NCBI GenBank assembly: GCA_038110525.1
Contig: JAYNJV010000004.1
Location: 17,577 to 81,576 of the forward strand
Length of the DNA: 64,000 nt
Reading direction: 5' to 3'
Source of the DNA: Candidatus Poseidoniales archaeon
Lineage (GTDB): Archaea > Thermoplasmatota > Poseidoniia > Poseidoniales > Poseidoniaceae
Below, in pieces: positions 1 to 9,265 of this stretch (position 1 is the stretch's first letter; every line of letters begins with the position of its first letter). The notes under the pieces were generated by a model. The model was not told the DNA's origin. It did no database searches and saw nothing but the letters and a program-made list of their open reading frames with translations. A program made the translations under genes and the position numbers.

Positions 1-68
1 AATGTCATATCGCTCAAACCACAACCCACGGCACGGTGTTCTTGAGCATGCCGATGAAAAGACGGTCC

Positions 69-2027
69 TCACCGACGCTCTCGAAGCAGAGCAAGAGCCA
101 ACATACACAACGTGCTCAAGAGCGAAATACTTGGTAGTCCCTTTGAAGTGTCAACTTTAGAATCGTCAGGCTCTTCTTCTTGGTTGGTTTGAGCAAATGG
201 GTCAGCAACATGAATGTCAAGAACAGTTACTCCTCCAGATTCGTCTGTACCTGAAAGGAGAACCGAATAATCTGTTGTTCCTTGTGCTATGCAAGGTGCT
301 ATCGAAATGTCGACTTCCCAGGTATTTGCGGTTGTCACAAAACCTTGAGATGAGAATCCGCAAAGTGTGTAGGAGAAGGTGATGAATTCACCATCAATTT
401 CGTAAAATGTTCCTCGAAGAATGAATACCCTTCCACTTGCATCCCATGTCGCATTCGAATTTTCTAAGGCGTTTGGAAGAAGCGAAAGAATAGGGTTTGA
501 ATTTGGTTTTTCAACCCCCAAGTCAATCATAAAGTGGTAATCAAGCATACCATTACCGCTTGCTGTTCCCATGGCAAGAATTGTACCGGGTTTGACTCCC
601 GAGAGTGAGAGTTGAATCGTCCCTTCATTGGTTTGGATGTCAATAGAAGTCATTTGCCCCATATCATTTGATTCCATTTGATGTGCGTGTGCGGTCAATG
701 AAAATCCATTGACGAACTGAGTAGGAACGATGGTGACATCAATCATCGATTGGTCTTCATTCAGGGAACCAGTCATGGTGAACAATCGACCGAATTCGAA
801 TGTCCTTGATTCTTGGTTTGCGACATTCAACTCATCAATGAGTGTGCAAGTTGCACTTTCACTCGATGCAAGTTCAGGATGGGAAATGACCCACCCAGCA
901 TTTTGAGATATTGTTGAACTCCATCCTTCCTCAGTGAAATTGCACTGCATTGACCAACCATCGACATCTTGGCCCCAGGAACTGAAGAGTTCAGAAGAAG
1001 CGACCATAGTCTCAGTACCTTGTCCAATGATCATTTTCATGCCGTCAGTAGGTGCATCTGAGGTCCAAACCGGGGGAGTGTTGACAAGTCGTTCTGAAGT
1101 GGTGAGTTCCACGAAGATAAAACGTTCCACATCCCACTGCGTTCTGTCAAATTCAAGTTCCAATCGAATCATGACTTGTTCCGTATCGGTGTACATGACT
1201 TCAAGTGAATCGAGATTGTACAGGTCACCTGCTATGCCTTGGTTCCTATCTTGCATTGATGCACTATCGACGCGTAAATTTTCGACAAAGGGGAATGTGG
1301 CTTGGAACACACCACTGGTCATGTTTGTGATGTTCATTGCGAGTGTAAAGTTTGATTCACCTTTGTTTGGAAGTTGAACAAATTCAAGATTGCTCACATC
1401 GGGTTGAGATGCAAGGTGAATTTCGAGATTGTCGGTAATTGAAACTGGAACTTCTTTGCAACTTGGGCTCGCTCCAAAGTTGGTGCATGACTTCGCATCT
1501 GGATGATTTGTAGGGACGATATTGAATTCATCCAAAGCGATACCGTCGTTTGTGAATGAGAAGTTATTCCAGTTGAATTCTCCACTGGCGAGTTTCTTTT
1601 CATTCATGCCGAGTCGTGTTTCCATATCCTCGATGCACGCAGGACCGAATTGGCGAACCGCATCACGCTCGTCCGTGCTGATATAACTGTTATTTCCACC
1701 TGGAGCGCCGTCGAAAAGGCCATCCAAATTCGCGCGAACAATTGCTGAATTTGAACCATTGACCCACGCCGATGCTGACATGTCAGCAGTTGCCCAATCA
1801 TCTAAAATCACGAGGTCAAAAATAGCATAATCGTATTCAAATAAATCTTCGAAAGTGAGCCCGGAGCAATCAGGGTCGACTTCGGCCTGTCGACCACTCG
1901 TGCTGGTATCGGAGTGTGACTCCATTGAGTCAAGTTGTTCTGGTATGGGTTCGACAAACAATGTGGTCATGAGGAAACCGAGTATCAAAAGAATTGCACA
2001 TACGACGCGTTGGGAAGGTGTCGCCAT
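69..2027 (-). CDS. secreted/surface-anchored protein of unknown function
   Basis: Long ORF 69..2126. Start placed at the internal Met (MATPSQRVVCAILLILGFLMTTLFV, signal-peptide-like) because the upstream 33 codons overlap the permease gene. C-terminus KGLPSISLLSTLCMLALALLRERR is a hydrophobic helix plus basic tail. No catalytic motif recognised. Confidence 0.5.
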   Translation of the reverse strand: MATPSQRVVCAILLILGFLMTTLFVEPIPEQLDSMESHSDTSTSGRQAEVDPDCSGLTFEDLFEYDYAIFDLVILDDWATADMSASAWVNGSNSAIVRANLDGLFDGAPGGNNSYISTDERDAVRQFGPACIEDMETRLGMNEKKLASGEFNWNNFSFTNDGIALDEFNIVPTNHPDAKSCTNFGASPSCKEVPVSITDNLEIHLASQPDVSNLEFVQLPNKGESNFTLAMNITNMTSGVFQATFPFVENLRVDSASMQDRNQGIAGDLYNLDSLEVMYTDTEQVMIRLELEFDRTQWDVERFIFVELTTSERLVNTPPVWTSDAPTDGMKMIIGQGTETMVASSELFSSWGQDVDGWSMQCNFTEEGWSSTISQNAGWVISHPELASSESATCTLIDELNVANQESRTFEFGRLFTMTGSLNEDQSMIDVTIVPTQFVNGFSLTAHAHQMESNDMGQMTSIDIQTNEGTIQLSLSGVKPGTILAMGTASGNGMLDYHFMIDLGVEKPNSNPILSLLPNALENSNATWDASGRVFILRGTFYEIDGEFITFSYTLCGFSSQGFVTTANTWEVDISIAPCIAQGTTDYSVLLSGTDESGGVTVLDIHVADPFAQTNQEEEPDDSKVDTSKGLPSISLLSTLCMLALALLRERR

Positions 2028-2068
2028 GCATATACCACTGCTTTCGTATTCAAGAACACTTGCTTCCC

Positions 2069-2911
2069 TTACAGGGAAAGATGCCGAATACGCCGTTGTA
2101 AAATGTACCAAGGGATAATCGACCACAATGCAATAGCGAATATGGTCATCGATGTCGCTACCCCTCTCTCAATGTTTGGCATTTGAGTTTCAAGAAGATG
2201 ATGGAACACCCCGTTGGGAGAGAGCAAATCGAGGTAACCCTCAAGTTGAATCCATTCTGGGTCATTTGGTTGTCCAACAGCTACTCCAGATGCGAATGCA
2301 ACCATCGAGGTCACAAGAGCCCACAAGAACGTGAATAGAAACCAGGTTCCAATTCCAAAGGCAATCGAAGTGCTCTGTTCAGTCGCATAGGATGAGGCGA
2401 TGAGGGAGAGCAATGTGTACCAAAGGACGAGGACACCGACGGCAACGAGAAAACACAACATCTCAACGACAGTTGGCAGCATATCTCTTCGTACGAAGAT
2501 GGCAACGATGGCAAGGATTGAGCAAGCAAAAATTGGAATGAAACTGCTTTGCCAGTGCCCCCAAACCAGGGCGGTGGTTTGGTTTGAACGACTCATCGGC
2601 TGTGAAAGTCGTAATTCAAGTACTCCAGATATTCGTTCCTTACTGATGCCATCATGGGCGATGAGGACTGCAAAAATCGTTGCAGAAAAAAGAACACCAA
2701 TCGAGGTATAATAGAGAATTTCCATCGCAGTGCTCGGTTGAATACCTCCTGGTAGCACGACATTTGGGTCAGAAAAACCCCATGCAAAACCCGGGATGAA
2801 CAGCAAAAGGATAGGGAGCATAATCTTGGTTCGGTGTGAAAACATGTGCTCCTTCCGGATGATGGATGCAAGAGACATGATCCGTTTGATTTCACTCATC
2901 CTCATCACCAT
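2069..2911 (-). CDS. ABC-2-type transporter permease (inferred)
   Basis: Multi-pass hydrophobic ORF overlapping the 3' end of the ABC ATPase gene on the same strand. Function inferred from context and hydropathy. Start uncertain (Met codons at 2899/2905/2911). Confidence 0.55.
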   Translation of the reverse strand: MVMRMSEIKRIMSLASIIRKEHMFSHRTKIMLPILLLFIPGFAWGFSDPNVVLPGGIQPSTAMEILYYTSIGVLFSATIFAVLIAHDGISKERISGVLELRLSQPMSRSNQTTALVWGHWQSSFIPIFACSILAIVAIFVRRDMLPTVVEMLCFLVAVGVLVLWYTLLSLIASSYATEQSTSIAFGIGTWFLFTFLWALVTSMVAFASGVAVGQPNDPEWIQLEGYLDLLSPNGVFHHLLETQMPNIERGVATSMTIFAIALWSIIPWYILQRRIRHLSL

Positions 2912-3902
2912 CCCCTCGAAGTGGAACCAAAATTTGAGGTGATACTTCGAATGACATTTCTTCAAGTTCAAGTCCCGTTGCTGAACGTAATAGGTCGACA
3001 AGACTCGGCTTGTATGGAGTCCATGAAAGGATAGATGCTCCGCCAGTCATGATTGCTTGAAGAGATTGCTGAGAGGCACCTCGTACAAGGGCTGACCACG
3101 ATTCGGGTGAATGAGCATGCTCAATGATGTGTTCTTCATCAAAATGAGCCTCAATCTCAAACGAACCCGTTCCTTCAATTCGATAAAGGTCTGCAAATCC
3201 CAGCCGAGAAGATACCTCTTCCATGGTACCTTCTTCAACAAGTTGGCCGCGATGCATGATGGCAATGCGGTCCACCAATTGACCCAAATCATGCACCAAG
3301 TGTGAGGACACGATGATGGTCACGCCTTTTTGTTGAAGGGATTTGAGCAATTTTTGAAATGATGCTGATGCAATGGGGTCAAGACCATTGAAGGGTTCAT
3401 CGAGAAGTAAAATATCTGGCGAACCGATCAAGGCAACGCCTAAGGATAGGCGTTGACGCATTCCTTGGCTTAATCGGTGCAATGGTTCGTCGATTTGTCC
3501 AGTAAGGCCAACCAAATTGATGATTTTCTTTGCTGTGTTTGTTGGCTCATCGCTCAAGGTGCAAAATTCCTCAATGATTCCAAGTGGTGTTCTTGAGCCA
3601 TTCCACCGCACATGCTCGGGCATGTGCCCTATAATCGAACGAAGTTCCAACGGCGTGGCGAGGTTGCCTTCAAGTCGAATCTCGCCCGCTTGGCGTTGAA
3701 GAATGCCCGCTATCAATCGAAGTAGTGTCGTTTTTCCAGCACCGTTTGCACCGACCAAACCCAAAATTTCACCTCTTTTCAGAGAGAATGTGCAATCCAA
3801 CACTCCACTACCATATCTGGCAGACCTTCGAAACAGGGGGATTCGAGGTGAAATTGTGTGTCGATATTTGAGTTCGACCACCTCAAGCCTCGGCTCCGCC
3901 AT
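2892..3902 (-). CDS. ABC transporter ATP-binding protein
   Basis: Walker A GANGAGKTT, ABC signature LSQGMRQRL, Walker B ILLLDEPFNGLD, H-loop SSHLVHD. Start chosen at MAEPRLEVVELKY (3902) rather than the longer ORF start 4073. Confidence 0.85.
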   Translation of the reverse strand: MAEPRLEVVELKYRHTISPRIPLFRRSARYGSGVLDCTFSLKRGEILGLVGANGAGKTTLLRLIAGILQRQAGEIRLEGNLATPLELRSIIGHMPEHVRWNGSRTPLGIIEEFCTLSDEPTNTAKKIINLVGLTGQIDEPLHRLSQGMRQRLSLGVALIGSPDILLLDEPFNGLDPIASASFQKLLKSLQQKGVTIIVSSHLVHDLGQLVDRIAIMHRGQLVEEGTMEEVSSRLGFADLYRIEGTGSFEIEAHFDEEHIIEHAHSPESWSALVRGASQQSLQAIMTGGASILSWTPYKPSLVDLLRSATGLELEEMSFEVSPQILVPLRGDGDEDE

Positions 3903-3989
3903 GTCCAAAGCGATGTAAACATGAGGCATCAACATTCGCTCTACCAAAACTCTCATACCGATGTATGAGCCATTAAACGGTGAGCAGGA

Positions 3990-4871
3990 ATGATATTTGG
4001 TATTCTTGGAGCGTTCCTCACAGCCTTCTTCGCTGTTGGAGGAACCATCCTTTGGCAGCGAAAGAAACTGCATCAGGATGTCAATTTCAAAGAATTTCTT
4101 GGGCCTAAAACCTTGATTCTACTCATTCCAGCGATGCTTTTGATGTGGCTCTTACCATACGGCATCATTTTGATCTTACCTTTCAGCCTTGCACTTTCAA
4201 CCGCAAGCCCCGCAGCACGAAAAGCTTGGAAGGAACATCGACAAACACGAGTTGTGTTCATTTCCCTTTTCCTTGTCACATTATTGTTCACATCGATGCT
4301 ACCAGTTGGACAACCGAGAAGCCCAGCAGATTGGGGTGAACCGATGTTTACTGAGAACCCAAATGCACCTCTTTTTCCTGCGAGTGAGCAACACACTTGG
4401 CTATTTGTATCCATTTCTTCGCCACGGGATGCTGTGATTATTCAATCGATGGTGTTGCGTGTTCCATACCAATACGGCCCCATGTATGCATCAACATCAA
4501 TGCTTCAAATTTCATCATTGTTTGGCCTCGAGCAAGGTCGACTTGAACAGGCCATTTTACTCCTCGACGAGCGAGTTCCCACCAATCTTGACCCGGATGA
4601 AATGAATCTTGACCCCCTTCTCGTTGAAAACAAACATATGTACCCTACAAATGCAGGCCAAGTTGAACTCGACGTCCGGGTGTTTGACCTTCGGAGTTTA
4701 GCGCTCGGCATCGACCCGAAAGGAGGGAAGGTGGGGCATGTCGTCATCGTTGCAGATAGTAGGTGGGGTGGCGAAGTTGACATGCTTGTTGTTGTACGCC
4801 CCGTAACGCATTCGGAAATTGACACCGACCCGTTTGCTGAGCGATACGTTGGTCAGTGGCTCGATGCTTAA
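3990..4871 (+). CDS. membrane protein, unknown function
   Basis: 293-aa ORF with several N-terminal hydrophobic helices (MIFGILGAFLTAFFAVGGTILW, LILLIPAMLLMWLLPYGIILILPFSLAL) and a soluble C-terminal half. No motif recognised. Confidence 0.45.
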   Translation: MIFGILGAFLTAFFAVGGTILWQRKKLHQDVNFKEFLGPKTLILLIPAMLLMWLLPYGIILILPFSLALSTASPAARKAWKEHRQTRVVFISLFLVTLLFTSMLPVGQPRSPADWGEPMFTENPNAPLFPASEQHTWLFVSISSPRDAVIIQSMVLRVPYQYGPMYASTSMLQISSLFGLEQGRLEQAILLLDERVPTNLDPDEMNLDPLLVENKHMYPTNAGQVELDVRVFDLRSLALGIDPKGGKVGHVVIVADSRWGGEVDMLVVVRPVTHSEIDTDPFAERYVGQWLDA

Positions 4872-5083
4872 TCGGCTGCAATGTGTACTGAACCATCTTT
4901 GTAAAACAGTTGAATACGGGTAGGAACCTTTCTCGTCAATGCAGCGATGACTTCGTACATCTCATCTTCTGAAATCTTGAATGCTTTTGCCGCATCTTTC
5001 GTGGACCATGGGACAGTGTGAAAATCGCTCTTCACGAGCCACTTGAGCACTTTGTCTTCGGTTGGCGTCAACTCGTCTGACAT
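4868..5083 (-). CDS. small protein, possible winged-helix DNA-binding protein
   Basis: 71-aa product from the internal Met (MSDELTPTEDKVLKWLV...), which avoids overlap with gpsA. The helix-rich pattern with AAKAFKISEDEMYEVIAAL resembles a wHTH. Weak call. Confidence 0.3.
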   Translation of the reverse strand: MSDELTPTEDKVLKWLVKSDFHTVPWSTKDAAKAFKISEDEMYEVIAALTRKVPTRIQLFYKDGSVHIAAD

Positions 5084-5133
5084 GAACCTACGAAGTAGCG
5101 AGGGCTCAAAATTGCACCGATGAAATTTGATGC

Positions 5134-6138
5134 TCACATTGCGACCATACGTCGGCAACATTCTTCTGGGTCAATATCTCCATCGAGCAATGTGTTGAGG
5201 GCTTTTGTAAATGGAATATTGAGGTTGAGGTCTTGGGCTCGTTCAGAAAACATTCGGGCCGCCCGAACACCTTCGGCGACCATGTGCATTTCCTTGAGTG
5301 CTTGTTCCAATGTTTTGCCCGAACCTAATTTTTCACCCATTGTACGATTTCGACCGAAAGGTGATGTTGCCGTTACGTAAAGGTCACCGAGACCAGCAGG
5401 GCCAAAGGCAACCTCAGGTTTTGCCCCAAGTTCAGCAAGGAGTAAGCATCCTTCTTTGAATCCTGACATGAAAATCGCCGCTTTGAGATTGTCACCGCCT
5501 AAGTCCCCCACTTGCTTGAGACCATCAACAAGCCCACACGCAAGGGCGACGACATTCTTGAATGCCCCCCACAACTCTGCACCGACGGGGTCAGAAGCGG
5601 GTTTGAGAATGAAGGTTGATGTGCTCAACGATTCTGCAAGTGCCTTTGCTACCGAGCGGTCTTCAGAAGCGACGAGCGCTGTTGTCATTACGCCCTTTGC
5701 TGCTTCTGGAGCAATCGTTGGGCCAGTTACCACAGCGAGAGTGTTTGATTTTCCAGCAGCGTCAAGCATCGTTTCAATCGATTCTGAAATGAGTTTGCTG
5801 CCAGGAGCCAACCCTTTAGCTAAATCAAGAAGAACATGACTTGGACGCAGGTAAGGGATAATATCTGCCACGACATCAAGAATCACTGATGAAGGAACAG
5901 CGAGAACAATAATTTCTGAACCATCAAACATATCTTCGATTCTCATACTCACATCGAGACCAGGAAGTTCGATTTCGGGGAGGTATTTTGTATTGATACC
6001 GGTTGACATGATGGATTCATACACATCTTGTTCGATGGTCCAGCCCTTGACTTTGTGACCTTCGAGCAGCCACATTCTTGCTATGGCTGTCCCCCAATTT
6101 CCCAAACCTAAGACAGAGATGTGTGCCATTGGAATCAC
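5134..6138 (-). CDS. gpsA: NAD(P)H-dependent glycerol-3-phosphate dehydrogenase (bacterial GpsA type)
   Basis: Rossmann motif GLGNWGTAIA at the N-terminus. GLGDLYVTATSPFGRNRTMGEKLGSG and HMVAEGV blocks are collinear with bacterial GpsA. 334 aa. Confidence 0.85.
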   Translation of the reverse strand: MIPMAHISVLGLGNWGTAIARMWLLEGHKVKGWTIEQDVYESIMSTGINTKYLPEIELPGLDVSMRIEDMFDGSEIIVLAVPSSVILDVVADIIPYLRPSHVLLDLAKGLAPGSKLISESIETMLDAAGKSNTLAVVTGPTIAPEAAKGVMTTALVASEDRSVAKALAESLSTSTFILKPASDPVGAELWGAFKNVVALACGLVDGLKQVGDLGGDNLKAAIFMSGFKEGCLLLAELGAKPEVAFGPAGLGDLYVTATSPFGRNRTMGEKLGSGKTLEQALKEMHMVAEGVRAARMFSERAQDLNLNIPFTKALNTLLDGDIDPEECCRRMVAM

Positions 6139-6219
6139 TTCAAGGCTATGGCGTAAGTATATACCATTTCCCGCTCAAAGTTGATGCAAAATATGCATTT
6201 TGAAAGAGTATGTCACTTT

Positions 6220-7401
6220 TCAAAACAAATCATCATCATCATCATCGAAGTCAAAGACATCTGAGGAATCGCTCTTCGTTGCACTCTTTTCCTCTTCATC
6301 GTCTTTGGTTGCCTTGGCTTTTGATGGTGCTTTGACCGGTGCAGGTTCTTCAACATCACCGGTCTTCTTTCGAAGTTCTGCTTGCTCCTTTTCACGGGCT
6401 TCAAGCTCTTCAAGTGAGGTGCCCGATTGCAATGCAAGTGCTTTTCGTCGGTCTTCTCTTGCTTTTCGTTCAAGTTGCTTGTGCTTTGCTTTCTCAATGC
6501 ATTGCATCATGTACATTGCATCGTGTTCAAGCAATGGTGAATCTGAAATGAGCGTGATATCAAGCCATCCTCCATCTTCAACAATGAATTCAGCAAGCGG
6601 TTCGAAGTTGAGGTCAGATTTCTTGATTTGAGTATAGTGCATGGCGTTTCCACTTCGATGTTCAACACCGGAAAAGTGGCAGTAGAATTCTTTGGTTCCA
6701 ATCGTTTCACGGACCTGGTCGAAGAGTTCACCATAGTCTTCTGAAGTTCGCATTTGACCATGACCACGTGCGTGAATGTGTGCTACATTGAGCACAGGAA
6801 CTGTTCCATCGACGTGATTGACCACTTCAAGCACTTCCTCTAAACTGCCCCACAACTCTTGTCGGCCTGAGGTTTCAATACCAATTTTAGATGGTGTTCC
6901 GTCCTTAATCCATGGAAACACTGGAAATTCATCTTCATCATCGTGCCAAATTTCGTGCACTCTGTCAACAATGCCCGAAAAGACATTGGCGACGTGTTCA
7001 TTTGCTTCTCGTGTTCGTCCGAATTCGCCGTAATGACCGACGTGGAGTGTCACATGGCGGGCATTGACGGTTCTCGCAGCTTGGAGTGTTGCCTCGACTT
7101 TTGCAAGTGAGCGACCACGTTGCACCCTGTCACCGAGCAATTCTGCGTAGTATGGGCCGTGGATATTCATTTCCATTTCAGCCTTGTTGGCGAGCACCCC
7201 CGCTTGCCAGTATTGTTCAAAATGCTGAGGCGAGACCATACGAACGGTTTGAATCTCCATTGTTTCAAGTCCGAGCGAGATGATATCATCCATTCCTTCG
7301 ACGATTGTACGCCCTTTACAGGATAATGGAACACCCGCTGGTCCGATTTTTATGCCCATCAACCCATCTCCGCGAAACCTAGCCAATAGGTGTCCTAACA
7401 T
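6220..7401 (-). CDS. endonuclease IV-like (xylose isomerase-like TIM barrel) protein with a charged C-terminal tail
   Basis: Metal-ligand blocks in EndoIV order: IHGPYYAEL, VTLHVGHYG, IGIETSGRQELWGS, VLNVAHIHARG, YCHFSGVEH. About 100-aa K/E-rich tail ending FDFDDDDDDLF. Alternative start at MGIKIGPAG (7359). Confidence 0.6.
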   Translation of the reverse strand: MLGHLLARFRGDGLMGIKIGPAGVPLSCKGRTIVEGMDDIISLGLETMEIQTVRMVSPQHFEQYWQAGVLANKAEMEMNIHGPYYAELLGDRVQRGRSLAKVEATLQAARTVNARHVTLHVGHYGEFGRTREANEHVANVFSGIVDRVHEIWHDDEDEFPVFPWIKDGTPSKIGIETSGRQELWGSLEEVLEVVNHVDGTVPVLNVAHIHARGHGQMRTSEDYGELFDQVRETIGTKEFYCHFSGVEHRSGNAMHYTQIKKSDLNFEPLAEFIVEDGGWLDITLISDSPLLEHDAMYMMQCIEKAKHKQLERKAREDRRKALALQSGTSLEELEAREKEQAELRKKTGDVEEPAPVKAPSKAKATKDDEEEKSATKSDSSDVFDFDDDDDDLF

Positions 7402-7486
7402 AATTGCTTTCTGCCTATTGTCTCACTTTTGAGCAATTTTCACCCTCTATCCGAATACGACTCTTCATGAAGGTGTGGTTTCACGC

Positions 7487-8200
7487 ATGGTCATGATTGC
7501 CTCGATTCAGGCAGCCCTTGATGCCTTTTCTCGTGGCCTCCCTGTCTGCCTTTTTGATTCGGAAAAAAGAGAGGGCGAAACCGACCTGCTCTTCCTCGCC
7601 GAACATGCTCAACCAGCAACCATGAGGCAACTGCGAAAAGATTGCGGTGGCCTTCTTTTTCTTGCTATTGGCCATGAAGTTGGAGAGATGTTTGGCCTTC
7701 CATTTTTACAAGATTTACACACCGATGCTTCAGCTACCGAGCAGCATCCAGTCCTCTCACATCTGATAACCCACGACCTCAAGTACGATTCCAGATCAGC
7801 CTTTACCCTTTCACTCAATCATCGAAAAACCTACACTGGCATTACCGACCACGATAGGGCGTTGACCACTCGCAGATTTGCAGAACTCACCCGAGAGGCC
7901 AAGCAAAGCGGAGCAAACCAAGAGCAAGCCATGAGCATGCTCGGACAAGAATTTAGGACACCAGGTCATATTCCCGTGTGCCGGGAATCGCCCGGAGGTT
8001 TATCCAAGCGTCAAGGGCACACTGAACTCGCTGTCGGTTTAGCACGACTTGCAGGTGCTACACCTGTGGTCATAGGTGCAGAAATGCTCGAACCAGATGG
8101 CGATTTTGCCCTTCCCGTGAACGAGGCTGAAAAGTGGGCAAGCGAACGAGGAATTCCGTTTTTACATGGTGCAGAAGTGATACAAGCACTCGGTCTATAG
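7487..8200 (+). CDS. ribB: 3,4-dihydroxy-2-butanone 4-phosphate synthase
   Basis: SEKREGETDLLF and TPGHIPVCRE...GHTELAV blocks typical of DHBP synthase. First gene of a riboflavin cluster. ATG at 7487 preferred over GTG at 7475. Confidence 0.85.
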   Translation: MVMIASIQAALDAFSRGLPVCLFDSEKREGETDLLFLAEHAQPATMRQLRKDCGGLLFLAIGHEVGEMFGLPFLQDLHTDASATEQHPVLSHLITHDLKYDSRSAFTLSLNHRKTYTGITDHDRALTTRRFAELTREAKQSGANQEQAMSMLGQEFRTPGHIPVCRESPGGLSKRQGHTELAVGLARLAGATPVVIGAEMLEPDGDFALPVNEAEKWASERGIPFLHGAEVIQALGL

Positions 8201-8231
8201 AAATGAATGAGGTGGTCAATTGAAGCGAGTG

Positions 8232-8663
8232 ATGGCCGTTGGAGTCTTCGATTTACTTCACGCAGGCCACCTTCATTATCTCGAACAAGCCAAACTCCTC
8301 GGTGACCATTTGACCGTCGTGGTCGCCCACGACGATACCGTTCGTCAGCGAAAGCACGACCCCGTCACGCCCCACGAACTGCGTTGCCGAATGGTTGCTG
8401 GACTCAAACCCGTTGATGAGGCCATCATTGGAAATCCTCCGAGTCAACCGATTTTCGATATTTTGCCCGTGGTTGAGCCCGATATTATTGCCTTGGGCTA
8501 TGACCAAGAACACGCCGAGGAATCGATTCGCAAAAATCTCGAAGAGCGTGGCTTTGGCCACATTCTTGTGACTCGAGTCGAAGGACTTTCGGACGACCTT
8601 GATGGTACTCGCAAAATCATCGCCCGCATCATCGAACGTGCTCGACAAAATGGAGACCATTGA
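8232..8663 (+). CDS. ribL: FAD synthase, archaeal RibL type (cytidylyltransferase-like nucleotidyltransferase)
   Basis: GVFDLLHAGHLHYLEQAK (HxGH nucleotidyltransferase motif), about 140 aa, embedded between ribB and riboflavin synthase. Confidence 0.7.
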   Translation: MAVGVFDLLHAGHLHYLEQAKLLGDHLTVVVAHDDTVRQRKHDPVTPHELRCRMVAGLKPVDEAIIGNPPSQPIFDILPVVEPDIIALGYDQEHAEESIRKNLEERGFGHILVTRVEGLSDDLDGTRKIIARIIERARQNGDH

Positions 8664-9261
8664 CATGTTTACTGGCATCGTTCAGGGGATTGGCAATGTC
8701 ACAGGCGTGACACTCCACGAAGCTCATCGAAGGTTGACCATCGTTCTTCCAAATGTCGAGGGTTTGAACATTGGAGCAAGTGTGGCTATCGATGGTGTTT
8801 GTCTTACTGCAGTCGCTATCAACGACAGTGAAGTTCATTTTGATGTGATTGAAGAAACCATTAGACGAACGACACTCGGTGGCCTTGAGCAAGGCTCGGT
8901 GGTCAATGTGGAACGGTCCCTCAAATTTGGAGATGAACTTGGCGGGCATCTTTTGTCGGGCCACATCATGGAGATGGGCGAAGTCATTGAAGTGAAGTCG
9001 TCTTCAGAAACGATGGATGTTCGTCTGCGTGTTTCTCCTCATGTTCGACAGTACATCGTCGAAAAAGGCTACGTGGCTATCAATGGTGTATCACTTACGA
9101 TTGGGGCATGCGAAGAAGATTCATTTTGGTTGCATCTGATTCCCGAAACGCTCCAACTCACCACATGTGATGCATTTACAGTAGGTCAAATGACAAATAT
9201 TGAAATTGACAACACCACGCAGGTGATTGTCGAGACCGTCAAACGACAACTTGGGAAGTGA
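8650..9261 (+). CDS. ribE: riboflavin synthase (bacterial/eukaryotic trimeric type)
   Basis: Canonical N-terminus MFTGIVQGIGNV, and an internal duplicate lumazine-binding half (GHIMEMGEV...VAINGVSLTI). Start at 8650 or 8665. Confidence 0.85.
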   Translation: METIDMFTGIVQGIGNVTGVTLHEAHRRLTIVLPNVEGLNIGASVAIDGVCLTAVAINDSEVHFDVIEETIRRTTLGGLEQGSVVNVERSLKFGDELGGHLLSGHIMEMGEVIEVKSSSETMDVRLRVSPHVRQYIVEKGYVAINGVSLTIGACEEDSFWLHLIPETLQLTTCDAFTVGQMTNIEIDNTTQVIVETVKRQLGK

Positions 9262-9265
9262 AACA

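Noticed and set aside
6200-6631. Plus-strand 143-aa Ser-rich ORF
   Set aside because: It is antisense to the K/E/D-rich tail of the EndoIV-like gene. It is a low-complexity artefact that overlaps a well-supported CDS.
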